This document shows, in pieces, positions 38,002 to 46,831 of a stretch of DNA of 64,000 bases. The position numbers and the translations under genes were made by a program. How positions within the stretch are numbered: position 1 is the stretch's first letter; each line of letters begins with the position of its first letter. The notes under the pieces are model-generated. The model ran no database searches and was not told where the DNA came from. It was given only the letters and a program-made list of their open reading frames with translations. The DNA is from an uncultured Gemmatimonadales bacterium (GTDB lineage Bacteria; Gemmatimonadota; Gemmatimonadetes; Longimicrobiales; Gaopeijiaceae): assembly GCA_963823035.1 (NCBI GenBank), contig CAWGKG010000012.1:128001-192000 (forward strand), in the 5' to 3' direction.

Positions 38002-40662
38002 GTGGAGCTCGACACCCGCGGGCGCGCCCGGTACCGCCGCCTCCTGCGCTTGCTGCCCGCTCGCCTCCGCGAGCGGTTCGGCGCGGACATGGAGGAGGTG
38101 TTCGCCTGGCGGATATCCCGCTGCCGGTCGAGGGCCGCCCGCGGATGGACGTGGGCCAGGGCGGTCGCGGACGTACTGAGCGAGGCCGCGCTGGAACGGA
38201 TGCGGCCGGCATCGACCAACGACGAGGGGAGGGGTGGCATGGGTACGAGAACACAGGATCTCCGATGGGCCGCGCGCACGCTCGTGCGCTCACCGCTCTT
38301 CACGGGCGTGGCGGTCCTCACCCTGGCGCTGGGGATCGGCGCCTCCACGGCCACCTTCTCCGTGGTGGGCACCGCGCTCTTCAAGGGTCTCCCCTACCAA
38401 GACGCCGACCGGCTGGTCGCGGTCTGGCCGAGCACGAACTTCAACACCGCCATGGTCCGGGACGCGGTCTCGTCGATGCCGGCCGTGGAATCCATGACCG
38501 GGGTCACCGGCTGGTCGCTCACGCTGGTCGGCGAAGGGGAGCCGCTCGAGGTGAATGCGAACCGCGTTTCGCCCGTCCATTTCCGGCTGCTGGGGGTCGA
38601 CGCGGCGGTGGGACGGACGTTCACGGACGAGGAGGGGCTTCCCGGGCAGGGCGACGTGGTCGTCTTGTCGCACGCGTTCTGGGTGCGGGTGCTCGGCGCC
38701 GACCCCGACGTGATCGGCCGCTCCCTTCAGCTTTCCGGCGCGGACTCGGAGACCCGCACGGTGATCGGCGTCATGCCACCCGACTTCCGGCCCGTCCGGG
38801 GTCGTCCGGAGGTGTGGATCCCCATGACGCTCGATCCGTCGGCCACCATCTCCTCGGACGGCAGTTGGTACGTCAACGAGCGCATCGCCCGTCTCGCGCC
38901 GGGCGCGACCCTCGCGCAGGCCGACGAGCAGATCGCCCGCTTCGCCCGCGACGTGCGCGAGCAGCTCAGCCGGCGTTACGACGAGGACGAGGTCCGCAGC
39001 GCCCGCATGCAGCCGCTGACCGCATACCTCACCCGGGACATGAAGCCGGTGCTGTGGGCGGCGCTCGGCGCCGTATCCCTGGTGCTCCTCATCGCGTGCG
39101 CCAACGTTGCGAACCTCCTCCTGGCCCGCGGCGAGGCCCGGACCCACGACCTCGCCGTGCGCTCCGCCCTCGGTGCGGGGCGCGACCGGGTGGTGCGCAT
39201 GCTCCTCGCGGAGAGCGGCATCCTCGGCCTGCTCGGCGGCGCACTCGGCATCCTCACGGCCTTCACGCTCGTCCGGCTCGCGGTGGCGATGGCCCCCGAC
39301 GACTTCCCGCGCATCCGCGACGTCGCCGTGGACGGCCCCGTCCTCCTGTACGCGGTGGCCGTCACGCTCGCTTCCACCCTCCTGGCGGGACTGGTCCCCG
39401 CGTTGCGCACCAGCCGCGTAGACGCCACGGCTTCGCTGGGCGGTGCCACCCGCGCCTCCTCCGCACGCCGCAGGTCGCGGCTCACGCTGGCCCTGGTCGG
39501 CGCCGAGGTCGCGCTCGCCGTGGTCGTCACGGTGGGCTCGGGCCTCATGCTCCGCTCGCTCCTGCGCCTGACCGCGGTGGACGCCGGCGTGGACACCCGC
39601 GGAACGCTCGTGCTGCGCGCGAGTCCCCCGGAGAGCCGCTACCAGGACCACGCCGACACGCAGGCCTACTGGACGCAGGTGCTCGCGCAGGTGTCCGCGC
39701 TGCCGGACGTCGCCTCGGTCGGCGCGATCCACCTCCTGCCGGGCACCGGCGACAACTGGAACTTCCCCACCTGGCCGGAGGGCGTGGACGTGCCCGAGGG
39801 CACGCCGACCCCGATCGCGAACTTCCGGATCGTGCGGCCGGGCTACTTCGAGACGGTGGGGCTGCCGGCACGGCGCGGCCGCCTGCTCGCGGACGCGGAC
39901 GGCGTCGACGACGAGAAGGTCGTGGTCGTGAACCAGGCCTTCGTGGACCGCTTCTGGGCAGGCCTGGACCCCGTCGGGCGGACCCTGCGCACGCTCCGGT
40001 CGTCGGGCGACCCGTACCGGGTGGTGGGGGTGGTCGCGGACGTCCACCAGCACGGTCTCGGGCAGGCGCCGGAGCCGGAGATGTACTTCTCGCAGGCGCA
40101 GTGGCCGGGATGGAGCCTGACGCTCTGGCTCGTCGTGAAGATGCGCGCGGACGACCGTCCGCTGGAGCGCGTGGCCGCCATCCAGCAGGCCATCTGGTCC
40201 GTCGACCCGAACGTGCCGATCACCGGGATCGACACCTTCGACCACGTGTTCGCCCAGTCGGCCGCGTCCACCCGCTTCCTGGCGGGCGTGCTGGGGTCCT
40301 TCGGCGCCCTGGCACTCCTGCTCGGCGCGGTCGGCGTGTTCGGCGTGACCGGCTACGCGGTGGCGCGGCGCCTACCGGAGTTCGGCGTGCGCATCGCGCT
40401 GGGATCCTCGCGCAAGCGCGTGCTCGGGGCGGGGGTCCTCACGTGCGCAGCGCCGGTGTGCGGCGGGCTGATCGTCGGACTGGCGACCGCCGCGGCCGCG
40501 GCCGGGGTGCTTCGCACCGTCCTTTTCGGCATCGAGCCCTCGGATCCCGTCACCTTCGTGCTCGTGGGCGGCACGCTCCTCGTCACGGCCGCGGTCGCGT
40601 CGCTGCTCCCCGCCTGGCGGGCGAGCCGCGTCGATCCGGTGCGCGTGCTCGGCGCCGACTGA
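38002..40662 (+). CDS. ADOP-type duplicated MacB/FtsX ABC permease
   Basis: DLRWAARTL..SP.F...LALGIGA, VLLIACANVANLLLAR, AVRSALGAGR, EFGVRIALG, PAWRASRVDP. Confidence 0.92.
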   Translation: MELDTRGRARYRRLLRLLPARLRERFGADMEEVFAWRISRCRSRAARGWTWARAVADVLSEAALERMRPASTNDEGRGGMGTRTQDLRWAARTLVRSPLFTGVAVLTLALGIGASTATFSVVGTALFKGLPYQDADRLVAVWPSTNFNTAMVRDAVSSMPAVESMTGVTGWSLTLVGEGEPLEVNANRVSPVHFRLLGVDAAVGRTFTDEEGLPGQGDVVVLSHAFWVRVLGADPDVIGRSLQLSGADSETRTVIGVMPPDFRPVRGRPEVWIPMTLDPSATISSDGSWYVNERIARLAPGATLAQADEQIARFARDVREQLSRRYDEDEVRSARMQPLTAYLTRDMKPVLWAALGAVSLVLLIACANVANLLLARGEARTHDLAVRSALGAGRDRVVRMLLAESGILGLLGGALGILTAFTLVRLAVAMAPDDFPRIRDVAVDGPVLLYAVAVTLASTLLAGLVPALRTSRVDATASLGGATRASSARRRSRLTLALVGAEVALAVVVTVGSGLMLRSLLRLTAVDAGVDTRGTLVLRASPPESRYQDHADTQAYWTQVLAQVSALPDVASVGAIHLLPGTGDNWNFPTWPEGVDVPEGTPTPIANFRIVRPGYFETVGLPARRGRLLADADGVDDEKVVVVNQAFVDRFWAGLDPVGRTLRTLRSSGDPYRVVGVVADVHQHGLGQAPEPEMYFSQAQWPGWSLTLWLVVKMRADDRPLERVAAIQQAIWSVDPNVPITGIDTFDHVFAQSAASTRFLAGVLGSFGALALLLGAVGVFGVTGYAVARRLPEFGVRIALGSSRKRVLGAGVLTCAAPVCGGLIVGLATAAAAAGVLRTVLFGIEPSDPVTFVLVGGTLLVTAAVASLLPAWRASRVDPVRVLGAD

Positions 40663-40674
40663 GCCGAGAGGGTA

Positions 40675-41163
40675 TCAGCCGCCGGCCGGCGGCGTCGTGG
40701 GGTTGCCCAGGTCCATCACGACCTTCCACGACCCGTCCGCCTGCTTCCGCCAGATCGTGACGTAGCGGCCCTGGCCCCTGCGCGTCGTGCCGTCGGCGGC
40801 CGTGACCTCCGACACGAAGCCACCCGTGGTCCAACCCAGATCCCCGCTCGCGGCGATGTCGGCGCGCAGCGGCTCCCACGTCAGGGAGTACGTCGGATCG
40901 TCCAGGTCGGCCATCAGATCGTGGATGGCATCGTGTCCACGGATCTCCCCCGCGTTCGGCACGATCTGGGCGCCGTCCGCGGCGATCCACGAGACCCACG
41001 CCTCGGTGCCCCCCTGCGCGACGGCGGCCGCGAACTGCCGGTCGGCCTCCATCAGCACGGCGGGGTCGGCCGGAGCGGGCGAGGGTGCCTCCGCGGCGCA
41101 TCCGCAGAGGAGGAGGGCAAACGCGAGCGTCGGACTTGCGAAGGGGGCGATGCGCACGGGCAT
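40675..41163 (-). CDS. NTF2-like / DUF4440 (YybH) lipoprotein
   Basis: LLCGC lipobox, SGDLGWTTG, GRYVTIWRKQADGSWKV. Confidence 0.85.
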   Translation of the reverse strand: MPVRIAPFASPTLAFALLLCGCAAEAPSPAPADPAVLMEADRQFAAAVAQGGTEAWVSWIAADGAQIVPNAGEIRGHDAIHDLMADLDDPTYSLTWEPLRADIAASGDLGWTTGGFVSEVTAADGTTRRGQGRYVTIWRKQADGSWKVVMDLGNPTTPPAGG

Positions 41164-41242
41164 CCTCGCTGGCTCGGGCGGTGGGGTGTCGACGTGCACT
41201 CTGTACGTGCCCTCGGCTCCCGGGTGACAGCGCGACGACGGC

Positions 41243-43669
41243 TCACCCTCCGGGCGCCAGTCGGTAGACGTGGTCCGTCGCCGCCTCGACCCGCTCTCTC
41301 GTGTACACCACCGGGAAGAAGCGGTCGTTCGCCCAGCTCTCGAAGAGGTCGCGGTAGTGGGGATCGTCCGGATTCCCGCTCTGGCCGGGCGTATTGAGGC
41401 CGACCGACCGGTCCCAGTCGCCCGTGTCGACGATGATGCGGAAGGAAGCGCCCGACGTCTGGTTGTCGGCGTTGCCGGTGGCGTTCACCGTGTAGCCGTA
41501 CCCGCCGCGCGGGAGGGGGCCCACCTCGAGGCGCGCACGCGTCGCGGCGTCCACGGCGTTGCCCAGCGGATGGCGCAGGGTGGCGTGGTGGTACTTCGGC
41601 CCGCCCCACGCCCAGCCGCTCATGTCGGAGCCGAGCTTCTTCGTCAACCCGTCCACCGCCGCCGACAGCCCGTCCAGGAGAATCCGGTCGCGCGCCGCCA
41701 TCGGGTCGGGCCCGAGCGCGCCGGGCGGCACCATGATCGTTTCGATCGTCTTGTGCAGAGACAGGCCGATGCCGGCACCCTCCGGCACGATCGCTCCGGC
41801 GACGAGCCGCCGTATCTGTCCCTCCCACGCGGCGTAGATCCCCGCGGCGGGGGAGTCCTTGCGCATCACCCGGTCCCACCCGACGAGCATCGTGCGCGCC
41901 CGCTCGACGCGGGCGTCCGGGGCGCGCAGGTCCTCCAGGAGCGGCACGAGCTGGCGGGCCGGTATGGACAGCTCGTCGGTCTGGAGCTGCATCATCCCGG
42001 ACATCGAGGCCCGCCGGCCGCCCCCCAACACCTCCACGACGCGCATCCATCGGTAGGGATCGGACCAGGAGTAGCCGATCGCGTCCATGTACGGGTAGTC
42101 GCGCGGGATCAGGTCGTTGTTCGCGGTCGCGAAGTAGCCTTGCTCCGGATTCAGCACGTGCGGCTTCGCCTTGATGGGGAGGTAGCCGTCCCACTCGTAG
42201 CGCCCGTCGCCGGGAACCGGCACCAGCCCGCTGAAGCCCCGTCGGATCGGCGCGATCCCCACGGCCTGCCACCCGATCGTCCCGTCACGCCCCGCCCACA
42301 CCATGTTCTCGCCCGGAATGTTCGAGTAGTTGCACGCCTCGCGGAACTCCTCCCAGGTGGTTGCCTGGTCCATGCGCAGCGACGCGAGATAGGGGGACCC
42401 GCCCACCTCCATCCATGCGGCACGGACCGCGTACGCCCGGTGGCGCTGCGCGTCCTCGAAGACGACGGGGCCGTGACGCGTGTACTTGAGCTCGGCGTCG
42501 ACCGGAGCCTGCCCCTTCACCGCGATGCGTTCGTGGATCACCGTCATCGGCTCCCACCCGCCGCGGTAGCGGTACTCGTCCGGGTTGGACGGGTTGGTCT
42601 CGTAGACGTACAGGTCCTCGCCGTCCGTGGCGAAGACGGTCAGCCCCCACGCGCCGTGCTCGTTGTGCCCGATGGACACGCCGGGCAGGCTCGGCTCCCC
42701 CCCGCCGATCACGTTCCAGCCCGGAGCGACCAGGTGCACCCAATAGCGCAGCGAAGGCGCACCCTGGGCGCGATGCGGGTCGTTGGCCATGAGCGGATAG
42801 CCGCTCTCCGTCAGGCGGCCGCTGACGACCCAGTTGTTCGAGCCCACGTCCGCCGCCGGATCATAGTATTGCGCGTAGGCAGCGGCCTCGGCCGCCCGCT
42901 CGAGCATGGCGAAGCCGTCCGTGTCGCCCCGGTGCTCGGCCACGATGTCCTCCGGGCGGAAGCGCACGCTCCCGCGGAAGGCGTCGTAGACGCCGAGGAT
43001 GTCCTGCGAGAGGGCCGCCCCGTCGATGGCCGGGTCCAGCGCCAGCTCCGGGTCCCCGGGTCCGAACTCCTCCAGGCGCTTCACCACCTCCGGCCCGACT
43101 GCCGCCACGGCCCTCCCGGTGGCGAGCTCCTCGCCGATGTTGCCGAGAAGGCCCTGATGGCGGGAGATCACGACGTCCGGCGTCCACACCTGAGGGCGGA
43201 TCCCCAGCAGCCGGAACTCGATCGGGAGGTGCTCGGAATCGCGGTTCGCCTGCTCGATGTAGGCGTTGATGCCCTCCACGTACGCGCCGACGATCGCGAC
43301 GCCATGGGGGTGGTAGTGCGAGAACTCCTGGTCCAGGTCACCGCGGAACCTGAATAGACGCGTGCCCCGATCGCGCTCGACCTCCCGCGGACCCAGGATC
43401 TCGGCGACCGTGCCGGTCGCCTGCCGGCGCCACAGCTCGAGTTGGAAGAGCCGGTCGCGCGCGGCGTTCCAACCCTGCGCGAAGAAGAGGTCGTGCTCGG
43501 TCTCGGCGTAGATGTGGGCGATGCCCCACCGGTCCACACGGACCTCCACGGGCCGCTCCAATCCGGGAAGGTCCAGCCGGTCGGTCGCCTGCGCGGTCGC
43601 CGCGGAGAACGTCACGGTCGAAGACAGCATCGCCCAGAAGGCGCCGCGAACGAAGGCTCGGTGGGTCAT
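41243..43669 (-). CDS. Penicillin acylase family Ntn-hydrolase (secreted)
   Basis: Signal peptide, DRWGIAHIYA, DRLFQL, GSNNW nucleophile, ANDPH, TRHGP, TANN, PGQSG..HYRD. Confidence 0.95.
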   Translation of the reverse strand: MTHRAFVRGAFWAMLSSTVTFSAATAQATDRLDLPGLERPVEVRVDRWGIAHIYAETEHDLFFAQGWNAARDRLFQLELWRRQATGTVAEILGPREVERDRGTRLFRFRGDLDQEFSHYHPHGVAIVGAYVEGINAYIEQANRDSEHLPIEFRLLGIRPQVWTPDVVISRHQGLLGNIGEELATGRAVAAVGPEVVKRLEEFGPGDPELALDPAIDGAALSQDILGVYDAFRGSVRFRPEDIVAEHRGDTDGFAMLERAAEAAAYAQYYDPAADVGSNNWVVSGRLTESGYPLMANDPHRAQGAPSLRYWVHLVAPGWNVIGGGEPSLPGVSIGHNEHGAWGLTVFATDGEDLYVYETNPSNPDEYRYRGGWEPMTVIHERIAVKGQAPVDAELKYTRHGPVVFEDAQRHRAYAVRAAWMEVGGSPYLASLRMDQATTWEEFREACNYSNIPGENMVWAGRDGTIGWQAVGIAPIRRGFSGLVPVPGDGRYEWDGYLPIKAKPHVLNPEQGYFATANNDLIPRDYPYMDAIGYSWSDPYRWMRVVEVLGGGRRASMSGMMQLQTDELSIPARQLVPLLEDLRAPDARVERARTMLVGWDRVMRKDSPAAGIYAAWEGQIRRLVAGAIVPEGAGIGLSLHKTIETIMVPPGALGPDPMAARDRILLDGLSAAVDGLTKKLGSDMSGWAWGGPKYHHATLRHPLGNAVDAATRARLEVGPLPRGGYGYTVNATGNADNQTSGASFRIIVDTGDWDRSVGLNTPGQSGNPDDPHYRDLFESWANDRFFPVVYTRERVEAATDHVYRLAPGG

Positions 43670-43816
43670 TCCGTCGGCTCTCCCTGGTCGGGTTCGGTTC
43701 CGTCACGGTCCGCGGGTCGCGTTCGAGCCAGGCTATCCCGACGCGGGCGATCGAACAAGCGGCCCGACGACAGGCCCGACGGCCCATGCAACCCCTTGAC
43801 CGCCTCGCCGCCGGCC

Positions 43817-43856
43817 AACAATATCGAGCACCGTAGCATCGCCTGTCGATATTGTT
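43817..43856. promoter_or_regulatory. Putative PadR operator overlapping the promoter
   Basis: AACAATATCGA-18 nt-TCGATATTGTT, a perfect 11-bp inverted repeat, with TTGACC at 43796-43801 just upstream. Confidence 0.65.
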
Positions 43857-43866
43857 CGAGGAGCCC

Positions 43867-44205
43867 ATGTCCGACGAGCTCGTGCCCCCCGCGGAGTTCC
43901 GCATCCTCCTGGCGCTCGTGGATGGGCCGAAGCACGGGCATGGAATCCGCGTCGACGTGCTCGAGCGGACGGCGGGACGCGTCGACCTCGGGCCCGGAAC
44001 GCTGTACGGCGCGATCAAGCGGTTGGACCGGCGCGGCTGGATCGAGGAGATCGACGCGCCGCGCGGGGAGGAAGGGGACGGGCGGCGCCGCTTCTATCGG
44101 CTCACGCCCCCGGGTCGCGAGGCCGCGCGCGCGGAAGTGGCCCGCTTGAGCGAGCTGCTCGAGATCGCGGCGTCCACGTCGCTCCGGCCGTCAGGGGAGG
44201 CGTAG
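43867..44205 (+). CDS. PadR family transcriptional regulator
   Basis: ILLALVDGPKHGHGI, LGPGTLYGAIKRL, RRRFYRLT..GR; RBS GAGGAG. Confidence 0.93.
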   Translation: MSDELVPPAEFRILLALVDGPKHGHGIRVDVLERTAGRVDLGPGTLYGAIKRLDRRGWIEEIDAPRGEEGDGRRRFYRLTPPGREAARAEVARLSELLEIAASTSLRPSGEA

Positions 44206-44209
44206 CAGC

Positions 44210-46831
44210 GTGTGGCGCCTCTACCGTTGGGCCCTCTACCTCCTCCCGCCGGGCTTCCGGCGCGCGTACGGAGGGGAGCTGGCCGAACAGGCACGAACCC
44301 GTCTGGACGAGACACGCACGACGCGGGGGCAGGTCGTCGTCGCGCTCGGGCTCGTGGCGGATCTGGCGCGCGCGGTGGTGCGGGAGTGGTGGGACGAGAT
44401 GGTGCAGGAGTCACGGACGGGAATGGGAGGCGGCATGGGGACGGATCTGCGTTGGGCGATGCGCTCGGTCGCGCGCACGCCGGGGTTCGCGGCGGCGGTG
44501 GTCGCGACGCTCGCGCTCGGAATCGGCACGACGACGGTGGCGCTCGGCCTGGTCGACGCCTACCTCCTGCGCTCCCTCCCCTTTCCCGAGGGCGATCGCC
44601 TGATGTCGCTCTGGCCGGAGGAGAACTGGAGCCGGCAGATGATCGACCTCTCGGCCGACGGCCTCCCCTCGCTGGAAGGCGTGGCGGGCGCGGGCGGCCT
44701 CATGCTCGTGCTCCAGGAGGGGGGCGAGCCCGAGGAGGTGTTCGCGTCGTGGGCGACCACGAACCTCATGGACGTGCTCGGCGTCCATCCCGCGATCGGC
44801 AGAGGCTTCGAGCCCGGCGACGCCACGCCCGGCGCGGAGGCGGTCACGATCCTCTCCCACCACGTGTGGACGGAGCGCTTCGGCGCGGACCCGGACATCC
44901 TGGGCCGCGGCGTGGCCCTGGGCGGCGAAGGCCATCAAACCCGCACGGTCGTCGGCGTGATGCCCGAGGGCTACCAGCCCCTCCAGGGCGCCGGGGTGGA
45001 CGTGTGGATCCCGGTGGTCGTCGATCGCGCGGACGGCGAATACTCGGGCTCCTACTTCATGGAGGCGGTCGGGCGGCTCGGGCCCTCGGCGGGGCCGGAC
45101 GACGTTTCTCGCGACCTGCAGGCGTGGACGCGCCGGGTCGGTGAGGTCGACCCCGAATGGTTCACGGAGGACAGACTCCGCCGGGCGTCGACCCTCCCGC
45201 TGGCACGGGAGCGGACGCTGGACCGCCGCACACCCGTGCTGGTGGCGCTCTGGGCCGCGCTGCTCGTGCTCCTGGTGGCGTGCGCGAACGTGGCGAACCT
45301 CATGGTGGCACGCACGACCGGACGCGAGCGCGAGCTCTCCGTGCGCGCGGCCCTCGGGGCCGGGCGGCTCCGCTCCGCACGGACGGTCCTGGTCGAGGTC
45401 GGCGTCCTGGCCGGCGCGGGCGCCCTGGGCGGCCTGATCCTCGCGGTGGCGTTGAGGGCCTCCCTCGAGCGGTGGTTCCCCGCGGCGCTCCCCGCCTGGG
45501 GGATGGACGTCGATCCGCGGTGGGGGCTGGCGGTGGCGGCCCTCGCCGTGCTCGCCGCCGTGGTGGCCGGTACGTTGCCGGCGCTCCAGGCCGCGCGCCG
45601 CGATCCGGCGCGGGCGATGGCCGGGGGGCGCGGCTCCTCGGGCCGGCATCGGCTCCACCGCGTCCAGGAGGTCCTCTCGGCGACGCAGCTCGCCATGGCC
45701 ACCGCCGGCATCGCCTCCGTGGGCCTGCTCGGGCGGAGCCTGCTCGAGATCGCGAGCGTCGACCCCGGCTTCGAGACGTCCAACGGCGTGGTGTTCAGGG
45801 TGACCGCACCCCCCGCCGCGTACCCGGAGGACGCCGACGTCGTCCGCTTCTTCCGCGACGCGCGCCAAGCGCTCGCCGGCGTCCCCGGCGTGGAGGGGGT
45901 CGGGTTCGGGTCCCGGCTCCCGCTGGCGGGAGGAGACAGCCGGATCACGGTCACCCCGGACGGCCTCGAGCTCGTGGAAGGAGAGCCGCATCCCGTCGCC
46001 TGGCACCGCCTGGTGACGCCCGGCTACCTGGAGGCGATGGGCGTGCAGCTCGTGGAGGGGAGGATCCCCTCGGAGGCGGACGACCGCGACGACGTGCCGG
46101 AGCTGGTCGTGATCAACCAGGCTGCGGCCCGGGCCTTCTGGCCGGACGAGTCGGCCGTGGGCAAGCGCTTCTACGGACCCGGCCGCGTCGTCTGGGTCAC
46201 GGTCGCAGGCGTCGTCGCCGACGTGAGGGAGAACGGGCAGACCCGGGCGGTCATGCCCGGCCTCTACATCCCGCACCGCGACTGGCCGTGGCGAACCCTG
46301 TACGCGGTGGTGCGTGCCCGGCAGGACGCGATGGCGCTCATGCCGGAGCTCAAGCAGGCGGTCTGGTCGGTCGCGAGCGGCGTGCCGATCTCCCGTGTCG
46401 AGACGCTCCAGCACGTGGCCGAGCGGGGGCTGCGCCCGACGCGCACGCTCGCGATCCTCGCCGCGTTGGCCGGCGGCGTGACCCTTTTGCTGGGAGCGCT
46501 GGGCATCTACGCGGTGATCAACCACGCCGTGGCGCGAAAGCTGCGCGAGCTGGGCGTGCGCTCCGCGCTGGGGGCGGATCGGGGTCGGCTGCTGCGAGGT
46601 GAGCTCGGCAACGCCACGCGCATCGTGGCGGTGGGGCTGGGGGCGGGCCTCATCCTGGCGTGGCTGGTGGGACGTGCCCTCCAGGGCACGCTCTACGGCG
46701 TGGGGGCCCTCGACCTGCCATCCCTGGCGGGCGCCGTCCTCCTGCTCGCGGCGGTGGCGTACGCGGCGGCCTTCTTCCCTGCGCGCAGGGCGTCTACGAT
46801 CGATCCCGCGCGCGTCATCCGCGAGGAGTGA
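44210..46831 (+). CDS. ADOP-type duplicated MacB/FtsX ABC permease
   Basis: DLRWAMRS..RTPGF, LLVACANVANL, ELSVRAALGAGR, ELGVRSALGA, PARRASTIDP. Confidence 0.92.
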   Translation: MWRLYRWALYLLPPGFRRAYGGELAEQARTRLDETRTTRGQVVVALGLVADLARAVVREWWDEMVQESRTGMGGGMGTDLRWAMRSVARTPGFAAAVVATLALGIGTTTVALGLVDAYLLRSLPFPEGDRLMSLWPEENWSRQMIDLSADGLPSLEGVAGAGGLMLVLQEGGEPEEVFASWATTNLMDVLGVHPAIGRGFEPGDATPGAEAVTILSHHVWTERFGADPDILGRGVALGGEGHQTRTVVGVMPEGYQPLQGAGVDVWIPVVVDRADGEYSGSYFMEAVGRLGPSAGPDDVSRDLQAWTRRVGEVDPEWFTEDRLRRASTLPLARERTLDRRTPVLVALWAALLVLLVACANVANLMVARTTGRERELSVRAALGAGRLRSARTVLVEVGVLAGAGALGGLILAVALRASLERWFPAALPAWGMDVDPRWGLAVAALAVLAAVVAGTLPALQAARRDPARAMAGGRGSSGRHRLHRVQEVLSATQLAMATAGIASVGLLGRSLLEIASVDPGFETSNGVVFRVTAPPAAYPEDADVVRFFRDARQALAGVPGVEGVGFGSRLPLAGGDSRITVTPDGLELVEGEPHPVAWHRLVTPGYLEAMGVQLVEGRIPSEADDRDDVPELVVINQAAARAFWPDESAVGKRFYGPGRVVWVTVAGVVADVRENGQTRAVMPGLYIPHRDWPWRTLYAVVRARQDAMALMPELKQAVWSVASGVPISRVETLQHVAERGLRPTRTLAILAALAGGVTLLLGALGIYAVINHAVARKLRELGVRSALGADRGRLLRGELGNATRIVAVGLGAGLILAWLVGRALQGTLYGVGALDLPSLAGAVLLLAAVAYAAAFFPARRASTIDPARVIREE

